DNA of 62,924 nucleotides, filler included, from Craspedostauros australis (lineage: Eukaryota): the NCBI GenBank assembly GCA_030167865.1. It is 19 parts of 19 records of this genome, joined end to end, with 100 filler letters (N's around TTAATTAATTAA, not from the genome) between each part and the next. Parts side by side here need not be neighbours in the genome. Positions count along the whole stretch, not along the records: positions 47,479 to 50,984 come from JALAGF010000439.1; positions 51,085 to 54,812 come from JALAGF010000440.1; positions 54,913 to 56,143 come from JALAGF010000441.1; positions 56,244 to 61,417 come from JALAGF010000442.1; 15 more parts are not named here. The stretch is one strand, 5' to 3'. The notes under the pieces are model-generated. The model saw nothing but the letters and a program-made list of their open reading frames with translations. It was not told the DNA's origin and searched no databases. Of the stretch, positions 48,790-61,517 are shown piece after piece; position 1 is the first letter of the stretch; each line of letters begins with the position of its first letter. The translations under genes and the position numbers were made by a program.

Positions 48790-51568
48790 GGTGCGAAGTG
48801 ATGTGATGTGATGTGATGTGGAGTGGTAATGCACAAGAGAGAGAGAGAGTGATCGATTTTGGCCAAGGTGGCAATGTTATGACCTTCGAACTTCTCTTGC
48901 AGAATGATCATTCACCTTTGAGCAAAGCAGCGCGTGGATTGCCACGAGATTGCCACGAGATTGTTGCAAGATCGGCAGGAGCCGGGAAGTTGAGAGTGCT
49001 GAGGGAGTGAGACCCTGTCACTTGATTTGATCTCTGCTGGTGCCACGTGATGCTGTTGATAGCGAAACAAGAAAAAGCATGATGGCATTTCCTTGTTTGC
49101 TTGATTGATTGTCTGTTTTTGGTTGTTCCGCTGTCGACCCTGCCGCGGAAAGAGGCGGGTATCGCGCGACTTGCTTCCAAAAAGCGTCGCCTCTCATTCC
49201 GCTCGCGCCATTTCTGCTTCGAAGCAAACTGTGACGGCTTATCAGATCTTGATGACATCTTCACACCAACAAGCAAGAGGTTGGGCGCCTTGACTTTTGG
49301 CGGGTGAGAGAATGGCATCAAAGTCAAGACTGGACGAGCGACAGAGATGCATCCCTGTGCCAAAGTACCCTCGTCGATGGCGCGGCCGTTTCCTGTTTGG
49401 ACTCTTTGTGACTGGATGGCCGACGTCCCTCGTGCCAGATCCACTGCCTCCCAAAGTGGCATGGGCGAAGACGCTCTTGTGAAGACAAGATCCGTGCTGC
49501 AGCTTTTTTGGATCCTGATCGTCGATGACAAAAAGGCAGGACAACGTCTGGGTGGAGCGAGGAGTGGAACGCCCGCTTCCGCGACGGCCGTTTGCCAACG
49601 AGCGACTGAATGCTGGCACACGTTTTTGCATCTTTGTTTGGCTACTGTGAGTCCCATGTATCGAAATCACGAGCGAATCAGAACACACGATGAATCTCAC
49701 ATCGCAGAGTATCATCGTGATCGTACTGTTGGAGGGTCCAGTCGATTCAGTCGGCGCACTTTCGATAAGTGTGGCATATCAGTATCTACCGCTATATCCA
49801 AGACCAAAAACACGCTTGACTTGTCGCGATCGCTGTTGTTGGTGTTGTCATTGCTTGCAAATTGGTGCCAGTTATGCAATTGCATTGCAACCTATGCAAT
49901 GGTGTGTTTGGGATGCTAATACGCTAAACTAGCATTTAGGTTAGGAGAGGATTTCCTGACACTCATGACTCACTCTCACTCGGATTGGTCCGGACCACAC
50001 CTTGGATATCGCCACGTTTGGAGCAAGCATGAGTCATTGAAGAAGATCTTTGGACCCTTGGATCCAAGAAAAAGGATTCCAATGACCAGGTCATTGGAAC
50101 TCTTTCCATAGGAATCTCAATGTCCGGCCAAGCCAGCCGGATCCAGGGAACAGCAAGACATGGAACCTGTATTGCAGACCTTTGCCATGCTCCCATCTCA
50201 ATGAACGGAACCACCTGTGGTACTGGTGCTACACAGCCCTACGACCCTTTTGTGAAAACTGTTAGGAATCGGGAGTACGACTTTGTCAAGATACCTACGG
50301 TTACCGCACCTCTCCATACATCATGACGTCTCAATAGATTCAACTATTGTTGATCACACTCGGACCACCTTGTAGCATGTCCTACCTCAGATGACCATCC
50401 ATGACTGGCATCACACCCAGTCATGCCCTGCAACAGAGTCTGTCCATGGTCTGTCACAAGAATGAGTGCGAACCTGGGATCCGACCACAAGGGATGCATC
50501 TGCGCATGAGCCAAGACTATGAATGGTACAAACAATGCATCTCTAACAAGTTGACATGCCTCGATGGATAGAGACACTCCAGAATTTCCCAAAAGGGAGA
50601 AACACTGAGCAAGAGAAATGGAGGCGATCCCTCAGTCACCCAAGAGCACGAATGGTGACATGACATGTGACAAAGACAATCACAGAAAATGTGGTGGCAG
50701 CATGGGAGGAATACTGAGGTATTGACGATGATGTGGGATCGATCGACATGAGACCCATGGCAAGGTACCTGCATGGCTACAAGATGTCCTGCATGGCTAC
50801 AAGATGTCCTGCATGAGTGTAGAAGAGAAACAAAGCTACTGAAATGCGCCATGAGATGGCAAGAGAGAGAGAGAGAGAGAGCAAGATGATGATACAGATG
50901 AAAGCAACCATGGGCATGCATATGATCATGGTGTGCTACTATGGATTTTGCTTGCTATTGAATTGGGGTTGAGAGGAGACAATANNNNNNNNNNNNNNNN
51001 NNNNNNNNNNNNNNNNNNNNNNNNNNNNTTAATTAATTAANNNNNNNNNNNNNNNNNNNNNNNNNNNNNNNNNNNNNNNNNNNNGCAATTCGCATGCACA
51101 AGAAGCTGCAGGAGAATCAAGACAACCAAGCGCAGAAACCAGAGAATAGCGCAATGAAATGCCCATCAAGATAGTGACGTTGCGATGGGAAGAAATGCTG
51201 ACGAGGTGCATATCGCCAAAATATAACCGTAATTAACCGAAAAGACACCATCGAAAATAGTAAGTCACGAACAACCAAGACCCATTTCCGAAATTTGAGG
51301 AGGAAAAATAACACGGCGTTGTGCGTGGTAGATAGGGGCGTATAACTTTTGAACCAAAGGTCGGATGAAGGCCATTTTTATATGGATAAGATCGCACGGT
51401 GGTCTAGATTATGTTTTTATATGTCATTTTAAATTTTACGAAAATCTGAGTCACGACTAGGCGCGACTGCACCTTCGTTCACTCAAGTGGGTCTTATGAC
51501 TATGACTAAGGACACGGACGCAATTGATACCTGTATAACCGCGAGGAGGATAGCCTGTCCTCTGGTAA

Positions 51569-52106
51569 TGTAAGGACGACACCCATGGCGGATCAGGAGG
51601 CCCCAATACCAAACCAACCATGGCAACCATGCAGACAACAACGTCAGTCAGAACAGCAGGTCAATGGGCAAGTGACGCACCCCCTTCAGAGGACAGCACG
51701 TGCCCCTCCTGCAGACAAGAACATCTGCAGGTTTGGAACATCAGAAAGGATCAGAACATCAGCAGGTTTGGAACATCACCAAGGTTGACACCGATTGTGG
51801 GACGATGGTGTCATGAGATCAACAACAGAAACATATGATAGGCAAGTGCTCAGGGCTGCAAATCCCTACCATGCAAGTGTAGACAGCTACAACGATGCAG
51901 AGACAAGGAAGCAAGAACAGAGCATGATGAACGAAGAGGGAAGCACCTAAGAGACAACAGGACACCCCGTGTTGCCACCTTGACAGATGCCTGCCATGAA
52001 GATGAAATCGGAAGAGAAAGTGAGATTGTGCTCACAGTTCTAAAATGGTACAGTTTCTAACAGCAGATTAGACTACAGTACTAACAATAACCCCAGATTT
52101 CCAACA
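51569..52106 (-). mobile_element. Probable solo LTR, family C (~540 bp)
   Basis: TGTTGGAAA...CCTTACA termini on the minus strand; one end homologous to 42502-42583; flanks GTAA/GTGA are a possible degenerate TSD. Confidence 0.6.
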
Positions 52107-53110
52107 GTGATGGACCAACTCACAGCCGAATAGAGTAATGCAAGCATCAATCGGGCGCTCCTGATGAGATGGCCTTGACAGAAATGTTGTTTTCCTTGCG
52201 ATGGTGACTCCCAGTATTGCGGATCACCTCTTCCAGTCATTCATCTTGATGCAACAGGTGTGTTGCCTGGTGATGTTTGCATCTGTCTCAACAAGTGCTT
52301 CCGCCGATCGTCTGCGTCGGGGACAGCACAACCTTGTCGCAGGCGCTGTGATACGACGCCGGAGTTAAAAGAGTCACTGTATTGCTTTGCTCGTTCGGAT
52401 GTTCCGGAGGCGTTCCGACCCCAATTCCGTGATGCGATGCGATGCTGCTACCAAGCGCATGGACTGGCCAAGCCTCGCCGATCCCGAGGACGCGTAGCTG
52501 TTGGTCAATAGTGGAAACGAGAGCGAGCCATACATGCGTGGAACAAGCAGGAAAAGGCGATGACCGATGGTCCCATCGCCATTCGCACAAGGGAAGTGAC
52601 AGACATCCGCTCACAGCTGCAAAACGACGACGTAGAGCGCGAGATCATTTGAGCAATTTGCACATCACGTACACCGAAACGCTGAAATGTTGCGACTCTG
52701 GCATCGTTTCGCACCCCCGTGCGATGCGTGATGGGTGATGCGGTCAGCATCTTGCGACGCCACAGTGATGGGCGATCAAAGCGTATGAAGCCGACAGAGA
52801 ATCGTCGTTTCGAAGTCGCAGCGGGAGCATGAGCACAAGCCTTGCGACGCAGCGATGGCGATGGCTGTGCCTTTTGGTTGCGGCGTGCGGTTTTGTGATG
52901 GCAACAAGTTGTGAATAGAACCGTTATAAAACGTTACATGTAAGTCTTTGAATAACATCAAGCGCGGTTTTTGTCTCTCATTCTTCTTTCGCCCACCTCC
53001 TCAGTCTCTTCTTTCTTGACGGTATGTAGGGCACCGTCCTAATTCTACAATTCTACATTTTCGAGTATGATGCTATACCGTATTATAAATCAGTGCGTTT
53101 CATTCATGCT

Positions 53111-54812
53111 CTAGAGGTGTGATACGTCAGTCAGCATGGACACCTCATCGCCCCCGGCGTCACCAGTGTTGCCATCGTTCCTACATTCCAATCCCGTGGC
53201 AAGCCTTGGTGATCTGTGCGTATTATCGCCGTGTTTCAATGCATCAGTCGGCGTCGTGTGAACTGATCTGCTGTGTGCTGGTGTCATTGTCTTTTGGTTT
53301 GCGTAGATCAAGTTGTAGTGGCTGCGGTAATCAAACGTTGGGAGCACCTTGCCTGTGATGGCATTCCGGATGATGNNNNNNNNNNNNNNNNNNNNNNNNN
53401 NNNNNNNNNNNNNNNNNNNNNNNNNNNNNACATATAGCTTCTCGTTGATGAACTCTCCTCTTTCTTGTTTCAGATGCTCCAGTTTGAGGACAGCACCCCA
53501 CTGCCTGTAGTACTCGTAGGAGCGAGTGAAAATTTCAACGATGTCACGTTTCCCGCATAGCTTTGTGTTGGCCAGCATGTACTCACCTGCCAACTCACAT
53601 GCCAACGCCGCGTCATGAACGTGTCCGCAGTCAATGGAAGACACAATGGCATCCTCATACGCTTGCTTCACCTTGTCCAGTTGCTGTGCTGTCGATGATG
53701 TCTTCGTGACTGAGAGCAGCTCCGCTCGAAGCAGCAACGAACGGTTGATGCTTGAAAGTCCCTTCTTGCGGCACATCGTTCTGATCATATTCCTCATCTC
53801 CTTTAGCCACTTCATGTACTTCTTCTGCCTTGTTTGACGGTACAGGGCAGCCGCTGTCAGTCCAGTGAACATGACGTGCTGAAACGCCCTTGCGTAAGAG
53901 CTATCGCCAGCCACAGCCTTCTTGTGTCTCGTCATGATTGCTTCAGCAATGTCATATTTGTGGAACATGACGCAGAGCTGTAAATGTACGGCGAAAGCCA
54001 CCCGAAGTTCGAGACTACCGAGCGAGCTGACGTCGCCAGACTCGCCGAAATCTCTGGACTCTTCCCAATCCACGGCCTCATGACCCAACAGGACGGATGA
54101 AAATCGTATACCTTGCTTGACAAAGCCGGTGGCTGATGAGATCTTGTACAGTCGCATCTGATCGACGAGCTCGGTGTAGGAACGATAGATGTCTTGGAGC
54201 GGATAGCCTTCGGCCTGCGCAAGGAAGTTGCATGTCTGCCAGCATGTCAGCGCATCGCTGAAGGCGCCGTGCTCCATGCTGGAGATGTAGCATGGGATGT
54301 AGCCATTTACGAGAGGTCCTATTGGCTCGCTCCATGGATGGATATAGAGCGCGCGGAGGACATGTGCAAGCCCTCTGATGGATGGACTCTTCGTCCTGTC
54401 CATGATCTTCGTTGACAGCCTCCCGAACCGCAAGGCGCTTTGTTCGTCTCCCAGCTTTCCCATGAAGAGACCGTAGCTTGCGAATGCCAAGCCTACATCC
54501 TCAGTGATACCGTGCTTTTTCGACCAAAGAATGATGTTCAAGGTGGGAAGAAGCGAATGGATGGCGTCTTGGCAGAGGAAGCTTCGGGTGTTTATCTCGC
54601 GGAGAAAGACGAGGGGGAGGATGTCGGTGGGGTTGGTCGCGAGGGGTTGGCACATGATCTCTTCATCCGATACTCGCTTCGTGTACCTGCGCACCATCAG
54701 TATCTTCCTCAGGGCGTGCAGCCCGTATGACCCTTTGGGGTAGCTGCGCAGCGACTGAGTCACCTTGCGTCCCAATCGGAGGCCTTCGTGCTGCTTGTCT
54801 TGAGCTCCCAGG
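53111..54812 (-). CDS. C-terminal helical/TPR-like half of a STAND ATPase-family protein; 5' end in a gap
   Basis: HG...LAFASYG, HPWSEPI, LLLRAE, YEDAI...ALACELAG and Y.QWGA..K motifs characteristic of the helical region of the same family as 47479-48789. Confidence 0.78.
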
Positions 54813-54913
54813 NNNNNNNNNNNNNNNNNNNNNNNNNNNNNNNNNNNNNNNNNNNNTTAATTAATTAANNNNNNNNNNNNNNNNNNNNNNNNNNNNNNNN
54901 NNNNNNNNNNNNA

Positions 54914-56143
54914 TGCCAGTCCACCATCGGTGCGCCATGCAAGTACAACGTGATCAATCCAGAATTGGTCACAGACGAGTGGCTCCTCGAGCATGTTGGC
55001 GCAGGAATGGCGAAAAAATTCAATGCCCCCCTTGCCCTTGCATTTGCTCGTGGACTCCTGTGGGGTGCGATGGATTCTAAGGCCTGCCAGATGATGCCTG
55101 CATGGCTCTCTGACAGTGTGCGTAAGGCCTACCGCGAGCTGGCAAAGGAATCTAACTTGGACCCAGATGCTAACCCTGTGAAGCGAGTCTGCCTCTACGT
55201 TGGCAACGTGCGTGGTGCACTCAAGATTGCAGAGGGTCCACGTCCGAGCATCGATCAAGCGGCTGGTATGGATGGCAATCCATTCCAGGATTACCACCAC
55301 ACCAACGGGCTCGCAGAGGTTGCGGTCGACAGGTTGGATACCCAAAAGCGTGTCCTTGGCAACATCATGGCGAGCGTTGAAGAGATCAGGTCTACCGTCC
55401 TGGCCAACCAGGTCAAGAGCAACAGGACGGAGACGAAGCAGGACGTGATGGAGACGAAGCTGGACAGGATGGAAAAGAAGCTCGACGCCCTCTTCGATCT
55501 TCTTACGAAGAACAGCAACCATCAACCTCCCATCATCGATTCGGTACCAGCAGCAACTGTGCCGATCAATGTGCCTATGCCGATCAATGTGCCTATGCCG
55601 ATCAATGTGCCTATGCCGATCAATGTGCCCGTGCCAATCAATGTGCCTGTGCCAATCAATGTGCCAATCAATGTGCCAATCAATGTGCCTGTGTCAACCG
55701 CAGAACCTGAACCAGCAGCACCACCCACACCAACCACAGAACCTGCACCAACCGCAACATTCGCGCCAATGGAGGTCGAAACAGAACCATCCAAGGTGGA
55801 GCGAGCAGAGGCTGAAGCGCAACTCCAAGAACAGAGATTGGAGCGAATTCTTGCAGAGGCTGCAGAGCAGAAGCGAATCGCAAAGGAAGCGAGAGCCAGA
55901 GCAAGGACGATGGCAAAGCAGACGGAGAAGCCTGCTCCAGGGCGAGCAGTCCTCACTAGACAAATCCGCACGTTGGAGCGGCTTTGGGAGGAGTACTTCG
56001 TGGGGATGAGGGGGTTGATTCCGGCGAAGAACATGGGAAAGGCCCTCCAGGACAACATTAATAAGTCCACCTTCGGGCGTCGCAGGTACATTTGGGAGGA
56101 GTTCGACCGTCTCGCTGAGAGAGGCATCGTCGGAGAACAAGAC
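54914..56143 (+). mobile_element. CryptonS-like tyrosine-recombinase transposon protein, C-terminal part with a GCR1_C-like domain
   Basis: GAPCKY...WLLEHV...LLWG...AY...NPVKRV followed by TLERLWEEYFVG...PAK...RRRYIW; an 18-bp (VPMPIN)n repeat at about 55558-55693. The catalytic residues would lie in the gap. Confidence 0.68.
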
Positions 56144-56243
56144 NNNNNNNNNNNNNNNNNNNNNNNNNNNNNNNNNNNNNNNNNNNNTTAATTAATTAAN
56201 NNNNNNNNNNNNNNNNNNNNNNNNNNNNNNNNNNNNNNNNNNN

Positions 56244-56730
56244 GCAGCAGCTGATTTGCGATTTCATCCATGATGCGCCCCATTCCTGTCGGTATCTGGA
56301 GGAGAAAAAAGACAACCCACCAAGGAATGTTCGCAACATGCTGTGGTACAAGCACAACGACATCGCCTTCTCAGCCGCGGAGCGAGGTGTGATTCCCAAA
56401 AACAAGCAAGCCCGACGATCAAGGGTAAGCTTTGCGAATCTACTGGCACTCTACCATGGTCACACATGCAACAAGACGATGGCAGATCTGCCATTGGTTT
56501 GCCCTTCCGACGATCAGCTGGAGCACTTTCTNAACATGTCGCTGAGTATAGAACGCCAATTGATGCCTGATTGGTACGCTTCTCCAGAGGGCGAATCGCT
56601 GCATCGATCAGCATTTCAACACACCGCGTATGGCAAACGCGAGTTTTGCGAAGTGGACTTGGACCGACTCTTTGAGAATGTCACATCCTGGGATGGCCTG
56701 TTGCGAAACCTCAATCGGACCTGGAATTGA
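56244..56730 (+). CDS. C-terminal fragment of a hypothetical protein
   Basis: Frame open from the gap to TGA at 56730; LPLVCP...SL..E...FCEVD pattern recalled from diatom hypothetical families. Confidence 0.55.
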
Positions 56731-57354
56731 GGCGAGGCTGCAAGATCCTGCAATTGCTATCCGTGCGCAAAGTCGCAACCAGCAATGATGGGCTTCTGCG
56801 CTGTTGTGGGTTCCGACATGCCATTGCATGTCAATAGAGTAGAGTACATACCCATGCATTGTAAATGAATCAATTTGATGAACAAGGAAATGAGTTTCGT
56901 CGATCATATGGTACAGTACAGTGTTAGGATCTACGGAAGGTACCATGCTGTCGAGAGTAAACACTCTGTTTTATTTGCAGAGATAATAGGTTGGAAATGA
57001 GATGGCTTTCCTTTTCGAAATCACGAGATTACTGGTACAGTCGTGCGTAGATACTCCATGGTCTCGACTCGAGACTGTAGACTTCAGTTGATTGCATGTA
57101 CATACGGACAGACGATTGCAGTGTCGGACAGAGATGTGAACTCGGGATTGTCGCACGACTGAGAACACAATGGAATTCGATCGAAGAACACATCGAGAAA
57201 TTCTCCGAAAATCGATCAGGGATGTCACAACTTGTGACAGAAACACAAACCTCCTCCACAACGAAATCGTCTCACAAAATGCAAGCAACAACACACAAAC
57301 CACAACCCACAAACAACAACCCACGACACACAAGCAACAACAAAAGACACGACA

Positions 57355-58265
57355 ATGATATTCTCACCTTCACCATTCGATACCTACGACGGCGAGTACG
57401 AGCCGTACTTTCGCCGCAGTCAGCCGCAACACTATACGACTATGAACGCCGATGAGATGTACAATCGGAGACACGCGGCCGCTGCTGCTCGCAGAGAAGC
57501 GCAACGACGGGCGGAGATCGAAGACTACTACCAACACAAGCAGATGGAAGAGATGCAGGAAGCCATGCGACAGCGCCGCCGCCGCCAGGAATATGAGCAC
57601 TACGTCGCAGAACGTCAACGTCAACAAGAACACGAACGCATGGTGGCAGAGCGTCGTCGCCAGGCTGAAATGGAAGCAGCCATGAGGCAGCGACGCCGTC
57701 AGCAGTTCAATTCATGGTTTGCTGACCATGACGATGAGAGTTCCGGCGATGAATCAAGCAGCCAACGACACTCTCCGATCTTCAACCGTCATCGTCGCCG
57801 CAGCCAGCAACGACAGCAACGACAGCAGCAACAACATGAGCATGAGGAGGAGGAAGAACAACCATCATACCAATTGGTCCGTGGTCTTGACGGACGAATC
57901 TACAAGCTCCCAGTCCAAAGTGTGAGTCCGAAGGAGAAGCGATCATCCATCCATGAGGACCGCCGTTCGGGGCCATCCAATCCGTCCCCAGCACGTGCGA
58001 AGCCCACCGATTTCTCGGAGACCGATACTGAAAGAAAAGCCCACACTGCAACGCTGATCCCCAAGATGCTACGCCAAGCATTGAGGGACACCAAAAGGAC
58101 GCAGTCAAGCGAAGCAGCAAGCAGAAAAAGAACAAGAAGAAGCTCATCACTGTGATTGTGGAAGACGCCTCCGACAGCGAATCCGAGGATGACATCAGAA
58201 ACTCGGTATGGCGCAATCGTCGACCCTCCCCAGGACAATGGATGGAACCGGTCGAGGGGTTCTAA
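57355..58265 (+). CDS. Coiled-coil Q/R/E-rich hypothetical protein; needs one frameshift or intron near 58032-58040
   Basis: The ORF is continued in another frame by a protein-like C-terminus, VEDASDSESEDD...SVWRNRRPSPGQWMEPVEGF*. Confidence 0.6.
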
Positions 58266-58819
58266 TTGAGCAGCGTCTATGATCGTCGACATTCTTGCCA
58301 AAGTGGTGGACGGATTATCCTGCTCCAAATATGGCAACCATCTTCGGCAGCTTTCTGCTGAGTCCGGAATGGAAGATGATGATGCCCTTATTGGAATGAA
58401 ATACTCCAATGTAACACACGAATAGAATCACCATTTGAATCTAGAGAGAGAGAGAGAGTGGCTCAACGGAGCATATTACATAACACATATTGATCTACGA
58501 TTGATGCAATGTACTATTGTACTGTTTGCGCGAGTATGTGACTGTTTTGGAACGATGAAGGTATGTTCCTCTTTCGTACGACTCGTCGAACCTGCCTTAT
58601 TATGATTCGTGTGGTGCAACGTGTGATAGTGGGGACGGACGCGAGCCAACACTCGAACCCACAATCGCAACATCGACACGGCCGTGCCGGATGACAGGAG
58701 GAGCCATCGCTCTCGATCTTCAATTCCCAACCTGATACCCCAACGATTAACAACAACAACATCCATGGGAGGAGTAAAGAAGAATCAAACACCACAGCGG
58801 ACTTGTATTCGAACCAACG

Positions 58820-59729
58820 ATGATGTGAATAACGTTGCTCTCTCTTCTGGCCATCGCGACTTGGATCTATGTATGTGATGGGCTTCACCTTGGTACGCAT
58901 CAGACAACTCCAATTCCGTCATCGTTCTCGCTATCGTCAGCACAGCATCCATCATCACCACGAGTGTCGCAGCCATTGCCAGCATCATTGGAGAACAGCA
59001 GAAGATCTTTCTTGCAGCGCACACCAGCTACTATCGCATCATGCATTGCCAGCACCGTGCTGATATCATCGCCATCGCCTTCCTGTGCCATAACCGCGCC
59101 TGTGGATACGACATCGCGTATGGTGGATGTTGGTGGTGGCTTCGATCTGCGATCCGGCAAGCAGCTCAAGACGATCGACGCAGTATTCCCAAAATCGATG
59201 GAAGGAACATGGAATTGCGAACGTGGTCGTGTCATCGGAGGGAGATGGTTTCCAAGACGAATCAGCGTGGAAGGCACTTGGCGGAGGAAGTAGGAATAAT
59301 GGCAAGCTCAAGGCGCCCGAACAGTACCAAGTCAAGTTCATCCCATCCGCACAAATCGGCGACGTCGAAGGTGTTGTGATGGATCGAGCATTCGAGATAC
59401 AATCTCGGGCAGGCGCGACCAAGATCTTCTGGGATGCGGATTCTCCAAATGTGTTGCGTTACGATGGGAAGATGATCACTGCCGTGCAAAGATCTGTGGA
59501 GCTTCCAAGCGACAAGGGGTTTGGTTCTGCCGAGCTGTTTCTGATTGAGGAAGGTCTGTTCGAACGCGCCGCGCAAGTCAAACGCAGATTCCGAAGGGGA
59601 TATGACGATGGCGGCAATCGAATTGTAGAAGGCTTGGAGATTATGAAGACGTACCGTGTTTTGGATGGTGTTGCTGGCACGGAGATGCCGACATCCACAA
59701 CCAAGTCGATGATCCGATTGACTCGGTAA
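58820..59729 (+). pseudogene. Disrupted plastid/thylakoid-lumen protein gene (DUF6816-like, tentative)
   Basis: ATG ATG TGA precedes an in-frame signal peptide; SRRSFL twin-Arg motif plus hydrophobic stretch; a frameshift near 59222 joins WNCER to VVVSSEGD...DRAFE...PN. Confidence 0.65.
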
Positions 59730-59985
59730 TCGTCACGGTCAGTAGAGAGGCAGCGTAAAACAATAGCAATTTCGAAGGAATCTTCCTCACGCTGTTAGCA
59801 TTGTCGTTGCACTCTGCATCTGTCAAGCTCGTGCAACTACTCTCTACAGCTCCCTATGAATGGAAATACTCTGCATCGTCGCTGCCGCACTTGTAGGTAT
59901 GGCAGAATAATGGGGCAGAATACCTTCGTCACACGAGTAAATCGAATTTCAATCAAGAATGGCACCACATGGAGAGATACGTGAG

Positions 59986-61417
59986 CTACCGCAGCGCCTC
60001 GGTTATGACATCGCGATTCGGCGCACCCCACACATCTTCGACCTTCAGATCGCCGCTGCCGCTTACTTCCTTCGTGTGCGCTCCGACGCTGGCCAACGAC
60101 AGAACGGAGACGGCACTTTCGCCGCCCGCTATGGCTTCTTCCGGAAATTGGACCCCGGCCTGCACGTGACCGGCGAGGACTGCGCAGCAAAACGCGACCA
60201 CACATTCACCGACGCAGGGTTCCAGATTCTCATGCGCGTAGAGGGCCGTAGCTCGGATGGATGAATCCGAATCGCACGTGACATCGCATCTCATGGCGTT
60301 GGTGGCGCCGGCAAAATAATCGACGACGCGGACGATCGGCAGCGAGAAGACTGCGAGCTTGGCCATGATCTGTTCGTTGGCAAGCAAGGATGATGGCAGC
60401 TGCGCCATGACGCCAAGCAACGTGTTCCAGAATCCTGGTGCGATTCCGAACAATGACTTGACGCTGCCGACTCCCAGAACGTCATGGCTGTTGATTCGTA
60501 TGGTTTGGTTTGGTGTGGTTTCACGTCGTGTCGTGTGCATGATTGGTTGGCAGTATTTCGAGAAGGAACAATCCAAGAATTTGCAGCGAAGCAGCGCAGA
60601 AGTCAGAGGATGAGTGTATGATTGTGATGCGGATGGATATAATGGTTGCGAACCTGGGTCATTGACCAGTACAAAGTGCTCAGTCAGGATTGGGTAACGA
60701 GAAGCAGCATGAAAAGACGAACACTTGCATGAAGCGATACAGCGCTGCGCACTTTCAAACGAGACCATGAAACGGAGATACGACAGTCTCCACAATTCTC
60801 TTCATCCACCTCATCTCCCCCCGAATAGAACCATGCCGATCACTCGCACGGACGCGCTCTCCAATAGATTCAAAGGGGCGATCGGCTTGTCCCCCACGAT
60901 GGAACCGAAATTGACCGTCTCGTAGTCCTTCATCGCCGCGACTGGAATGCGGCGACCTTTGACGACCGTCAACGCTTCTTCTGCCAGAATGAGGAACGTT
61001 GCCACGAGCATGATTGCTCCGGCACCGCCCGATCCCGCTGTAAAGAACCCGAAATCGACATTGAGATTGGCCGGCTTGAGGTTCTTGGTTTGCTGCAGGA
61101 CTTGCCGCACGAGCTACTTGGCCATGAGACTGGATATGCCTCGCCAGCATCCGGTGCTGATGATGCAAGGGACGTTGGATTCGATGGCCTTGGCATTGTA
61201 CTTCGCCTTGGCGGCAGAGCCTGTGCAATAGTCATCGCAGACGTCGATGTAAGCAACGCTGTTGGACACGCAGGCCGCGATAACACCGTTGGGTGTCTTG
61301 ACCTTGCCTTGGAAGGGACCGGCCGTGTGGACACACATATCGTAGCTGCCCCGCTGCAGCACCGATGCGACGGATTGCTCCTCCTCGCGGTCCAGAGCCT
61401 GGAATTACACATCGTCC
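59986..61417 (-). pseudogene. Saccharopine-dehydrogenase-like oxidoreductase with premature stops; 5' end in a gap
   Basis: VHTAGPFQ, YIDVCDD, FTAGSGGAG and FPEE motifs; in-frame TAA (61407-61405) and TAG (61116-61114); intron 60847-60488 with a GCGAGT donor. Confidence 0.85.
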
Positions 61418-61517
61418 NNNNNNNNNNNNNNNNNNNNNNNNNNNNNNNNNNNNNNNNNNNNTTAATTAATTAANNNNNNNNNNNNNNNNNNNNNNNNNNN
61501 NNNNNNNNNNNNNNNNN

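Noticed and set aside
55522..56140. Antisense GTLIGI-repeat ORFs resembling a beta-helix
   Set aside because: Shadow of the VPMPIN repeat in the Crypton-like ORF.
57160..57215. Heat-shock-element-like GAA/TTC cluster upstream of 57355
   Set aside because: Spacing does not give three clean alternating nGAAn units.
2763..61517. Regularly recurring TTAATTAATTAA as a biological repeat, CRISPR or TTAA target site
   Set aside because: Always embedded in fixed-length N-runs; an artificial all-frame-stop linker.
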